From Felis catus (Eukaryota), in the NCBI RefSeq assembly GCF_018350175.1, contig NC_058368.1, positions 124,498,001 to 124,562,000 of the forward strand: a stretch of DNA of 64,000 nt, written 5' to 3'. Both the position numbers and the translations under genes were made by a program. The first letter of the stretch is position 1. The number at the start of each line of letters is the position of its first letter. Under the pieces are notes generated by a model, which was not told the origin of the DNA, ran no database searches, and saw nothing but the letters and a program-made list of their open reading frames with translations. Shown one piece after another: positions 37,046-48,519 of this stretch.

Positions 37046-37240
37046 AAACTATTTTTTAATGTTTATTTTTTATCTTGGCAGGGGAGGGGCAGAGAGACAG
37101 AGAGAGAGAATCCTAAGTAGGCTCCACACTGTCAGTGCAGAGCTCAACGTGGGGTTCAGTCCCATGAACCATGAGATCATAGAATATGAGCTGAAATAAA
37201 GAGTCAGATGCTTAACTGACTGAGTCACCCAGGCATCCTG
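37046..37240 (-). mobile_element. CanSINE inside Tigger1
   Basis: Antisense SINE; TSD gcaataaagca(a)ttttt at 37029 and 37241. Confidence 0.93.
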
Positions 37241-37280
37241 GCAATAAAGCATTTTTAAATTAAGATATGTACATTTTTTA

Positions 37281-37489
37281 GAGAGCCTGGGTGGCTCAGT
37301 CAGTTAAGCATCCAACTGGCTCAGGACATGATCTTGTGGATTGTGGGTTCAAGCCCCACATCAGGCTCTGTTCTTATAGCTCAGAGCCTAGCACCTACTC
37401 TGGATTCTGTGTCTCCTTTTCCCTCTTCCCTCCCTTGGTCACCCTCTGTCTCTCTCCCTCAAAAATAAACATAAAATCTTTTAAAAAAT
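37281..37489 (+). mobile_element. CanSINE inside Tigger1
   Basis: SINE body flanked by atatgtacatt at 37265-37275 and 37490-37500. Confidence 0.9.
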
Positions 37490-37500
37490 ATATGTACATT

Positions 37501-37562
37501 CTTTTAGTTTATTTAGAGAGAAAGAGAGCATGCAAGCGAGAGACGGGCAGAGATATAGAGAG

Positions 37563-37604
<42 letters not shown>

Positions 37605-37662
37605 CCCTGAGCAGGCTCTACACTGTCAGACGCTTAACTGACTGAGCCACCCAGGCACCCCC
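37501..37662 (-). mobile_element. Internally deleted CanSINE inside Tigger1
   Basis: Antisense tail with (GA)n joined at 'ctgtcagacgc' directly to the SINE head; flanked by atatgtac(a/g)tt. Confidence 0.88.
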
Positions 37663-39665
37663 AGATATGTACGTTGTTTTTTAAAGACATAATGCTATTG
37701 CACACTTAATTAAAAATAGTCTAGTGTAAATATAACATACATATGCACTGGGAAACAAAAAAAATTCATTTGACTTACTTTATTATGACATTCGCTTTAT
37801 TGTGGTGGTTTGGAACAAATCCCACAATATCTCCAAAGTATGCCTGTACTTCTATAAGGTAACCCTGGTGTACCACAGACCCAAGACCAATCTTTAACAT
37901 AATTTCTCATCAAGAGTTTCTAAGACCATACAGATATACAGTTAACCGCAAACTCATGAAGTGGAAGCTTGTGAATACAAATTATCAGGGAAACTTTTGT
38001 TTCTACATATAGCTCTTAGAGACACAGACAGCTTCCCTGTGCTGGTCAGTGGGGTTGTTTTTTTCCTGGTTCATTTTTCACAGAGGTGGAGCCATTTAGA
38101 GTTCAAACTACACACAACTGAGGATATTTACAGGAAAAACACAACCACTTGGTAAAGAGAAGAGCCCATAATTAAAGTTACTTAAGGGCAACCTTACTTT
38201 ATGTGCAATGAGCTAAACTAAACAAAGGTTTTCTGTCTTATAAATTAAGAACTAGTAATTGTATTGTCAAGTGCTGCATCCCATGGCTTGCTGCTAAATT
38301 CAGAGAGCCCTTGTCGGTTGGCTTTAAAAAGATACCCAAATCCACTTTACTGGGTGAAGGTTACTTTATGGTGGAAGGGAAACTTTTTCCCTTCTTTTGC
38401 TATCCTCCAACCTTTCTGCCATCCTTCAAGAACTTTCCATACATCTGCCTTACCATGATGAAAATGCTGCAGGGAATACTTAGCTAGAGGTTCCTTAGGA
38501 GAAACCTGGGTAAGAACATGTGCCCTTGTTTAGGTATGAGAATATATACAAGTAGGGACCCATGCAACAATCTCTTCTAAAGGTGCACTCCCTGTTCTTT
38601 TAGGAGCATATTAATAGTTACTTTTACTCTCTCCTGCCTCCTAATCACAGGCATTTCCAGTGTTGTCAAAACAGTTCCTGCCTGCATCTGTTTTCAACCA
38701 TTGGCATGGGTTCCAGGGAGTGTTTGTGAGAGAGGAACAGAACAAAAGATTGACAGCCATGTGTTGACATTTTGGGACTGTTTGGAAATGAGAATAATCC
38801 AGGTTTGATGTTGTAATTCCTCCTTTTATGGGCAAAAGTAATGTCTCAGCATGAATGAGCATAACTAAACGTACTGGGACACACCCCAGGCACATGCACT
38901 CCCTGGACACTCACTGTGCTTTTTGTTGTTGCTGTTGTATCACAAAAGGCAGCAGACAACTTTTGCTTCCCCACTCCCAAATCTCTTACCCCATTTTATT
39001 GAAATGAATAAAACATCAGTTTTAAAGGGAAAAAAAAAATCCCTGATTGATGTGTATCTTTCTTTCCTACGATCCTAGTTACCATTCATCACAATGAATT
39101 AATTTTTAATTACATAATAGATTCTGTATTAAAATACAGATAAAGAAAAACTTCTCTGTGCCTACTCACCCAATCCCACCTTGTTCCCCAATTGTGTATC
39201 CTTATCACCCATCCACTCTGTATCCTTTTAGAATTTTTCCAACCATATACATTCACATGTATGTTCAAATATAAGAAAGGATACATTTTGTTTGGTAAGA
39301 GTTTCTGTTTGTTTAAACTGTGCCATACTCTGTATAGTGTACTCCAATTAGTTTTTATTACTTAAGTTGAATGTATTTTTCTTATCAGTACCAATTTATT
39401 GATTTCATTCTTTTTAATGGAAGCATAATCTTCTGCAGAATTGATATATAGTAGTTTATTTGATTATTTCTAAAAGATGGAAATGTGGATTATTTAAAAA
39501 TTTTTCACTATTACAAAGAATGCTATGATGAATGCCCTTGAACAGTGTTATGATGAATTTCTGGGTAACTGTGCTAATGTTTTGTCTAGCATAGGTTCTG
39601 AGAAGTGAAAATTGGGGGCATAAGGGTAACAGTTACTTCTTTAAAGCAGCAATAAAATCTATCTA

Positions 39666-40030
39666 ATGTATTTAGCTTGGACTGCCATAACAAAATACTA
39701 TACTGAGTGGTTTAAAAACAGATATTTATTTCTCACAGTTCTGGGGGCTGGAAAGTCTAAAATTAAGGTGCTGATAGATTCAATTCCTATTGAGAGCACT
39801 CTTCCTGGCTTGCAGATTTTCATCTTCTGACCGTGTCCTTACATAATGGAAAGAGATTGAGTTCCGGACTCTCTTCCTCTTCTTACAAGGATACTAATTC
39901 CACCAGGGAGGCCCCACTCCCATGACTCATCTAACCTAATTACCTCTCAAAGGCTTCACCTCCAAATACCATAACTTTGTGGAGTTGAGCTTCAAAATAT
40001 GAGTGGGGGGTTGGGGCACTAATATTCTAT
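39666..40030 (-). mobile_element. MLT1A-like MaLR solo LTR
   Basis: 'ctgccataacaaaatac...atttatttctcacagttctggggg...cttcctggcttgcag...ctaattacctctcaaaggc..cacctccaaatacc'. Confidence 0.85.
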
Positions 40031-40032
40031 TA

Positions 40033-40046
40033 TCCATCTACCTATC

Positions 40047-40086
<40 letters not shown>
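40033..40086. repeat. (CTAT)n tetranucleotide repeat
   Basis: Directly visible. Confidence 0.9.
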
Positions 40087-40169
40087 AATAGGTAATAAAG
40101 GCCTATAGTTTAAAAAATTCAAAGTTATGATAAAGAGTAATCATAAATCGAAAAGCAGGCATTAAAAAT

Positions 40170-40995
40170 GTGGATTTTAATTCAATCATATCAATAATCA
40201 CATTGTATGTGAATGATTTAAACACACCAATTAAACAACAGATTGCGTTAAAAGAACAAAGGAAGGTTCAACTATATGTTACCTATATGAAACCCACTTT
40301 AAATTTAAAGAGATAAATTAAAAGTGAAGGGAGAGAAGCACTAATAAAAAGAAAGCCAAAGTACCTATATTAATATCAAAGTAGACTTAAGAACAAAGAA
40401 TTATTACCAGTGATGAATGGACATTCCATTTTGATAAAGAGGTTGGTTCATAAAAAAGATGTAACAATCCTAAATGTATATGTATTTAACAAGACAACTT
40501 CAAACTACATGAAGCAAAAATTAACAAAACTGAAAGGAGAAAAAGGCACATCCACAATTATAGTTAAAGTCTTAAGCATTTTTCTCTCAGTAACCAATAG
40601 AGTAAATAGAGAGAGAATTGGTGAGGATGTAGATGACCTAAACAACACTATCAACCAACTTGACCTAATTGACATTTATAGAACACTTGGCCCAACAAGA
40701 GCAGTATCTCAAAAAAGTTAAAAGATTTAAATCATCCAAGATGCTCTCTGTCCATAATAGTATTAAAGAAGAAATCAATAACAGAAAAATATCTTTAAGA
40801 TCCTCAAATATTTGACAATTGAACAATATGTACTAAATAACCCATGAGTGAAAAAGGAAGTCATAAGGACAAATGGAAAGTATCTGGAATTTAAAGAAAA
40901 TGAAAAAACAATATATCAGAATTTATAAATGTAGCTAAGGCAGGGCTTAGGGGGAAATGTATAGCATTAAATGTATAGCATTATATTAGAAAGGT
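40170..40995 (+). mobile_element. Old L1M fragment, ORF2 endonuclease region
   Basis: ORF 40410..40721 GHSILIK..DVTILNVYVFNKTTSNYMKQKL..DLNNTINQLDLIDIYRTL is L1 EN-like. Confidence 0.85.
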
Positions 40996-41768
40996 TACTG
41001 GGAAAATAAAAATTGAAAGGAAGACTGAAGACACAGAGTCACAACATGCAAAAACAAGAGAAAGCAGTAACTAGGCCCTCAGCCAATGTCACACCTCCCA
41101 CTAATCCTCTGAGAATGCCACTACATCAACTATAGGCCACTGACCATGCCAGGCTGCCTGAAAGTCTCTACTGGCTCTGGAAATTGGCTCTCATCACCCC
41201 AGCTGCTTCCACCAATAATGAGAATGTTTCTTGTTCTTTATTTCTACTTTTTAGGATCATCAACTCCATCTTCACAGTCCAAAGCTTATGGATCGGACTG
41301 GCTGGACCATATGCCCCTATCTTAACTGGGAGAATGAATGACTTAAGTGGTCAGTTTCTATGATTAAAAAAAAAAAAAAACCAAAACTGGCTATTTGTCC
41401 CATAAAAAATTAGATCCAGAAATTATTAGGAAAATGAGTTAAATTTTCCCTGATAGGATATCTGGTCAAAAAGACCCAGACTTGAGAACCAAGGGTATGT
41501 TGTAAGGAGAATTTCTAGAGACCTCTCGGGATTTTTCAAGAGGCTGAAACTGAATCTTCTATCCCAACCATCATCCTAATTCCACTCTTCCCACTCTATA
41601 CACAACAATGGGGGAGGAAAGAGAATGAGAGATCAGAGTTACCAAGAATGCAGTGTTCATGTTGGGAGGCTGTTTCTGGACACCACCCAACAACTCCATA
41701 CTCTTCCCTTCATCCTCACTCATGCAGGATTTCTACCAACCCTTCTCTCTCACAAATGAGGGAAGTAC

Positions 41769-42015
41769 GGGGCACCTGGGTGGCTCAGTCGGTTGAGTGT
41801 CCGACTTCAGTTCAGGTCATGATCTCGCAGTCTGTGAGTTTGAGCCCCGCATCAGGCTCTGTGCTGACAGCTCAGAGCTCAGAGCGTGGAGCCTGCTTCG
41901 GATTCTGTGTCTCTCCCTCTCTCTCTCCAACCCTCCCCCACTCATGCTCTGTCTCTCTCTCTCTGTCAAAAATAAATAAACATTAAAAAAATTTTCTTTA
42001 AATAATTTTTTTTAA
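41769..42015 (+). mobile_element. CanSINE (SINEC_Fc-type)
   Basis: 14-bp TSD aaatgagggaagta at 41754-41767 and 42016-42029; small internal duplication agctcag. Confidence 0.96.
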
Positions 42016-42534
42016 AAATGAGGGAAGTAGACACTTAAGCAACCATGGGTAGAGTCTGAAAGTATCTGTAAAAAAGGAAGGCTCATGTCTCACTCCCTGC
42101 CTGTGGGCCTTATGTGGTAGACAATTGGATATAAGAGGTAAAAAGGAAATGAATGGGAGGTTAGACAGGAAGTTTAATTTTAACTATGAGACCTGCCCAA
42201 GGTGTCATTAAATAATGGTAAAGGATACTATGACAGTACAGTTGAAAGCATTTATACCGATAACACTGCTTAGTTGCAGTCAACAGAATCCACTTTAGCT
42301 AGCTTTGTCAGAAAGGAATTTATTTAGGGATATAGGAAGCACTTAGAACCACAAATAGGATTGATGAAAGAGATTCCAGGCTGAGCTCTAAGAAACTGAC
42401 CTCAAAAGAGTTTTTGACTCTGCCACAATTAAAACAAAAGCAAAAACAAAAACAAACATCAGAAAGCCACGACACCTCTAAGTCACTGCTTCTGCTGAGA
42501 GGGGCCAAATGGATGCTCCATGTTCTGCCTTTTT

Positions 42535-42545
42535 ATTTTTTTCTC

Positions 42546-42616
<71 letters not shown>

Positions 42617-42691
42617 TCCTTCTTTCCTTCTTTCTTTCTTTCTTTCTTTCCTTCCTTCCTTCCTTCCTTCCTTCCTTCCTTCCTTCCTTCC

Positions 42692-42733
<42 letters not shown>

Positions 42734-42898
42734 CTTGAGAGAAAGAGAGAGGGATGGGCAAAGGGAGAGAGAGAATCTTAAGCAGACTCCACACCCAGTG
42801 TAAAGCCCAACGTGGGGCTCAATCTCCTGATCATGAGATCATGACCTGAGCGAAAATCAGGAGTCAGATGCTTAACCAACTGAACCACCCAGACTCCC
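42535..42898 (-). mobile_element. CanSINE with tail expanded into a compound (TTTC)n/(TTCC)n tract (about 42546-42731)
   Basis: TSD catgt(t/c)ctgccttttt at 42519-42534 and 42899-42914 encloses both the STR and the SINE body. Confidence 0.93.
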
Positions 42899-43076
42899 CA
42901 TGTCCTGCCTTTTTAAACAAAAGTTCTAAATCAAAGTCTTTTGTAAATGTATCTTTTTTATGGAAACTAAATCATGTCCTCACACTTGGAATATGGGAAA
43001 TGGCAATGTAGTATCGTTTATTATTCTACATGTAAAACGGATTTAAATTGTGGGAAAGTATTAAAATGTGAAAAAA

Positions 43077-43272
43077 GGCACATCTGGGTTGCTCAGTCAG
43101 TCAAGCACCCAAATGTTGATTTCAACTCAAGTCATGGTCTTGTGGTTTATGGGATTGAGCTCCAAGTCAGGTTCTGAGCTGATAGCATAGGGCCTGCTTG
43201 GGATTCTCTCCCTCTCTCTCTGCCCCTCCCCCTGCTCACTCTCTCTCTCTCTCTCAAAATGAATAAACTTTT
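43077..43272 (+). mobile_element. CanSINE, older
   Basis: SINE body; TSD aaaatg(t/c)gaaaaaa. Confidence 0.9.
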
Positions 43273-45079
43273 AAAAATGCGAAAAAATGTTTAATAGTTT
43301 TGGAGCAATGCAAATGACAATACCTACTATAGCCATTACTGGAAAAAAAAATTTATCTTAATTCACGACTCGAGACTATGTAAAAAAAACTGGTTAAAGG
43401 AATATATAACATTGATCTACATCTTGATTTTCTCACTTAAATTATGTCTATATCAATTACACATAAATCTGCTTCATTTGTTAATGGTTGTATCATATTC
43501 CATTGTGTGGATAGATTCTAATGTATTCAGTTCTCTAATGATAGAAATTGAGGTTGTTTCCTTTATTTTGCTATTATATTTTAAAAGCTGCAGTGCAGTT
43601 ATTACTGGCACACAGTAATAACCCACTATGATCAGGCCCCTTCCAAATGAGAGACTGGCATTTCTTTGCTTTGTTTTTATGGTTTTCCAGAATTAAATAG
43701 AAGGGAAATATTTTCCCCTTTCAGGTGAATGTGCTATATACTTGAAAATCAATTTTTGAATAAAGTTACAGCAAAAAAGAGATTCATGGGAGAGGAAGTT
43801 TTCACACCAGGTATCTTTGTGACCTCAGGCAAGTGACAAACTTTTTTGGGATTAATCTCATTATCTGTGAACTTCAAAGTTTAGATCAGGTGATCCCTTA
43901 GGTACAGCTATTGAACTCTGTGGTCCTGAGTAATGTCATTGGGATACCTTTTGTTGCTTTAATCTTTCAGAAAAAAAAAGTGTATCTTTTACTTTTCTTG
44001 AAAGACCTAGAGAAATGAGACCCATGACTTTGTTTCTTCTTGTGTCTCCATCCTTCTCATCTTCACAGCACCAAAAGCAGCACTCCAAATATAGTAGATG
44101 CTTAGAAAATTAATTACCAAGTGATGGTGTACCACCACTGAATTAAGTGCTCATGGGTAGATTTTGGAATAATCATTCCTATGCCTTGCTCACATTTAGG
44201 TTCTAGAATGCTCTATTCTTCTCTGTGGTTAAGGAATTAAAGCATTCCTTTCTGAATCCATTCTCTGTGAAGGAACTGTGTGATTTTTATTAACTGGATT
44301 GTCTTGTATTATAAATTATGGTTTATCAGTTAGTAATTTGGTCCTTAAATTTGTTTTGTCACTATATGCTTTTTAGTCCTTTGGAAATTTTGGAACCCTG
44401 AGAGACTCAAATCCCTTCCTGGAAATGAGGCAAAACATGCTTGGAAGAATTTGTCTTTAATGTATATGAAAGTATTTTGTAAATGTCATACTCTTTTTTC
44501 TTCTCTGCGATTGTGGACAAAATGTAGAGTCCTGAATCATAAGTGGACACTGGGTTATAATAAGGTAGGTAACCTTGCAACATAGCAGAAACAGCAGTCT
44601 TTGTCAGGTGGTCCAGAGTACAAATCACATTCTGCCTCACCAGGTATGTGGCTTTAGGGCAGTCATTTGACCTCTCTAGGCCTCAAGTTAATTATATTTT
44701 CTTTGCATTGCTATTACAAAATTTAAAAGAGTATATGTAACATGTCTTTCATATATTAATTCCAAACTATGGCCATTGTTAGTATTATTACCCATCATGC
44801 AGTGATGATGAGAATATAAAATACATTCAAATGGTGGACTGAACACACAGCCACATGGAAGAAGGCAAACAGCCTGGACAAGGTATTAGGGCTACCCTCT
44901 AGCTTCCACAAAGCTAGCTGAGTGGAATTGCCTGGCATTAACTAAGCAGACACAATCTCCAGGAGCTTATGTCAAAACCAGTCATACTTAATATAGTCCA
45001 TGAAAAAAAAAAAAGACTGTTCAGTGTCTTCTGGTGTGATCTCTATGCCAAAAATACTATCTGGCTATTCATGCAGAGG

Positions 45080-45790
45080 TATATGCAGTGTGTCGGTCAT
45101 CCTGGATCGTCTCCTTGTCTCTCACCCCATACAAACTACCAGCTCTGCATCCCTTCCTCCCCATCCCAGGTCTGCCTTGGCTCTGGTTGTACTGCCTGTT
45201 TCCTGGATTCCTGTCTTTTCTCCAGTCTCACTCCCTTACAAGTACTTGTTAATCCTACTGCCAGAGTGATGGCTCCACTGCCTCCCTGTAGGCTAAAGGA
45301 TAAATCATATTCTTCTTTGACTCATACAAAATCCCCCATCACCATTCCCATCCACCTCCAGCCTAACCTCCCATTACTTCTTACCATCTTCTCCCCACCT
45401 CCCAAACTCTACTCTCCTAAGAATACTCATCTATTTATAGGTCCTGAACACTCCATGTTTTATATTGCACATGCAGTTAGTTCCTCTGGCTGGAATGCCC
45501 TTCACTGGATTGTTCACCTGAGAATCACCTGCTGAGCTTTCATAAAGACTTCCCTGCCTCCTTCACTTGACTAGGTGCTCTCCCGTCTACCTTATGCTCA
45601 CCCCATTCTCCACACAAACCTTGCTAAAGCAATTGCCATATTGCTGTGTAATGGTTTGCCTGTTGGTTCCCCCAGAATTGGATCGTAAGTCCCTGGAAAG
45701 GCTTTTTGATAATAACAACTACATGTATGTTCGTATTTGTCTCTCCAGGACTAACACAACACTCGGCACACAGTAGATATTCAACAAATC
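45080..45790 (+). mobile_element. L2 LINE 3' relic
   Basis: Pyrimidine-rich L2 motifs 'ctgccagagtgat', 'ttcctctggctggaatgcccttc' and the 3' end 'ggcacacagtagatattcaacaaat'. Confidence 0.65.
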
Positions 45791-47811
45791 ATGGTAACTA
45801 GCTTTATCAGTTAGAAATGAGCATGGCTGTAAGTGATGGAATATGTGACTAGGAGTAGTGTGAAAAAATAATGAGTTATTTTCCACAGATAAGATTTCTG
45901 GAAGCAAGTGATTACTAGTGTTGGCTTAGCTGTTCACAGATGCCATTAGGGGACTTAGCTTTATCTTTCTTCTTTTAATCTATCCTCAACCTAACAGCCA
46001 GTGTGATCTTGTTAAAACTTAAGTCAGATCACATCATATCTCTATGCACAACCCTCCAGTGATTTGCTCAGAGGAATATCAAAGTCCTTACATTAGCATT
46101 TGGGGCCGTACCACATGTATGTCTGCTGTTCTTTTCTCTATAGTACTTTTCACTATGTGACATACTATATCTTTCACTTATTATACAGTATATATTATCT
46201 TTCTCTCCTGTCACCACTAAAATGCAAACCTCAAGGAGAAAAAAAATTGTATATTTTGCTCACTTCTATATCTCTAACAAACTAAAACAGTTCTTAGCAC
46301 ATAGTGGACACTCAGTAAATATTAGTTGAATAATTAAATGAATGTATCCTCAAGTAAAACCACAAATGAGAAAGGAGAAATAACAACTAACAGCAAAGAA
46401 ATACAAAGAATTATACGAGAATATTATGAAAAACTATTTGTGAACAAATTGGACAACCTGGAAGAAATGGATAAATTCCTAGAAACATATAAACTCCCAA
46501 AACTGAAACAAGAAGAAACAAAATTTGAACAGACTGATAACCAGCAATGAAATTGAATCAGCAATCAAAGAAATCCCAAAAAACAAAAGTCCAGGAGCAG
46601 ATGGCTTCACAGGTGAATTCACCAAACATTTAAAAGTTAGTACCTATTCTTTTCAAGCCATTCCATAAAACAAAAAAGGAAGAAAAATTTCCAAACTCAT
46701 TCTATGAGGCCAGAATTACCCTGTTACCAAAACCAGATAAAGACACCATAAAAAAGAGAACTACAGGCCAATATTTCTGATGAACATAGATGCTAAAATC
46801 TCAACAAAACACTAGCAAACCAAATCCAACAATACATTTAAAAAAATCATTCATCATCATCAAGTGGAATTTATTCCTGGGTTGCAAGTGTGGTTCAGTA
46901 TTTGCAAATCAATCAACATGATACATCACATCAATAAAACAAAGGATAAGAACCCTATGATCATTTCAATAGATACAGAAAAAGCATTTGACAAAGTACA
47001 ACACCCATTCATGATAAAAACCCTCAACTGGATAGGTTTAGGGGAAACATACCCAATATAATAAAGCCCATATGAAAAACCCACAGCTAACATCATCCTC
47101 AATGGGGAAAAACTGAAAGCTTTTCTCCAAAAGTCAGGAAAAAGATAGGGATATCCACTCTCTCCACTTTTATTCAACATAGTCCTTTAAGTCTTAGCCA
47201 CAGCAATCAGACAACAAAAAGAAATAAAAGACATCCAAATCGGCAAGAAAGAAGTAAAGCTTTCACTATTTGCAGGTGATATGATACTATATATAGAAAA
47301 TCAGAGAGACTCCACCAAAAAATTGCTAGAATTGATAACAGGGATTCAGTAAAGTCACAGGATACAAAACCAACATACAGGAATCTGCGTTTCTATATAC
47401 CAATAATGAAGTACCAGAAAGAGAAATTAAGTAATTTATCCCATTTACAATTACATCAAAAAAATAGCAAGATACCTAGGAATAAACCTAACCAAAGAGG
47501 TAAAAGATCTATACTCTGAAAACTATAAAACACTGATGAAAGAAACTGAAGATGACACAAGGAAATGGAAAGACATTCCACGTTTATGGATTGGAGAAAC
47601 ATATATTGAAATGTCTATACTACCCAAAGCCATCCATGCACTTAATGCAATCCCTGTGAAAATACCAACAGCATTTTTCACAGAGCTAGAACAAAAAATC
47701 CTAAAATTTGTATGGTTCCATAAAAGACCCCAACTAGCCAAAGCAACCTTGAAAAAGAAAAACAAAGCTGGAAGCATCACTTCAAGTTCTATAACAAAGC
47801 TGTCATAATCA

Positions 47812-48030
47812 GGGGAGGCTGCATGGCTCACTAAGTTGAGCATCTGACTCTTGGCTTTAGCTCAGATTGTGATCTTAGGATTTTGGGATAGAGCCCTGTG
47901 TCAAGCTTCAAACTAAGCATGGAGTTGGCTTAAGATTCTCTCTCTCACCATCTTCCCCGCTTACCCACTTGCTTGTGTGCCCTCTCTCTCTAAGGAACAA
48001 ACACAAAACAAAAAACAAAAACAAAAAAAT
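47812..48030 (+). mobile_element. Older CanSINE inside L1
   Basis: Perfect 18-bp TSD acaaagctgtcataatca at 47794-47811 and 48031-48048. Confidence 0.93.
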
Positions 48031-48302
48031 ACAAAGCTGTCATAATCAAAACAGTATGGTACTGGCACAAAAACAGACACATAGACCATTGGAATAGAAC
48101 AGAAAATCCAGAAAGGAACCCACAACTATATGGTCAATTAATCTTTGACAAAGTGGGAAAGAATACCTAATGCGGAAAAGGTAGTCTCTTAAACAAATGG
48201 TATTGTGAAAACTGGACAGCTACATGCAAATGAACGAAACTAGACTACTTTCTTAGACCGCAGGCTAAAATAAAATCAAATGGATTAAAGACGTAAATGT
48301 GA

Positions 48303-48519
48303 GGGGCGCCTGGGTGGCTCAGTCAGTTGAGCGTCCGACTTCGGCTCAGGTCATGATCTCGTGGTCTGGGAGTTCGAGCCCCGTGTCAGGCTATGTGCTG
48401 ACAGCTCAGAGCCCGGACCCTGCTTCCGATTCTGTGTCTCCCTCTCTCTCTGCTCCTCCCCCGCTCACACTCTCTCTCTCTCTCAAAAATAAATAAACAT
48501 TAAAAAAATTAAAAAAAAA
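48303..48519 (+). mobile_element. CanSINE (SINEC_Fc-type) inside L1
   Basis: TSD aaagac(g/c)taaatgtga at 48287-48302 and 48520-48535. Confidence 0.96.

Larger units (their letters stand above)
34182..37846 (+). mobile_element. Full-length Tigger1 (TcMar-Tigger/pogo) DNA transposon interrupted by an L1 tail and four SINEs
   Basis: TIRs caggcatactttg (34182-34194) and caaagtatgcctg (37834-37846), followed by TA. Transposase remnants include NVDETA (35171-35188) and NAAGDFKLKPMLIYHSEN..LKNYAK..YKWNYKAWM. Confidence 0.95.

Noticed and set aside
42414..42803. F/L/S-rich and K/E/R-rich ORFs resembling membrane or coiled-coil proteins
   Set aside because: Translations of the (TTTC)n/(TTCC)n microsatellite.
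44969..45535. 188-aa ORF, the longest in the window
   Set aside because: Overlaps a degraded L2 relic; Pro/Ser/Leu-rich composition reflects pyrimidine-rich DNA; no recognisable domain.
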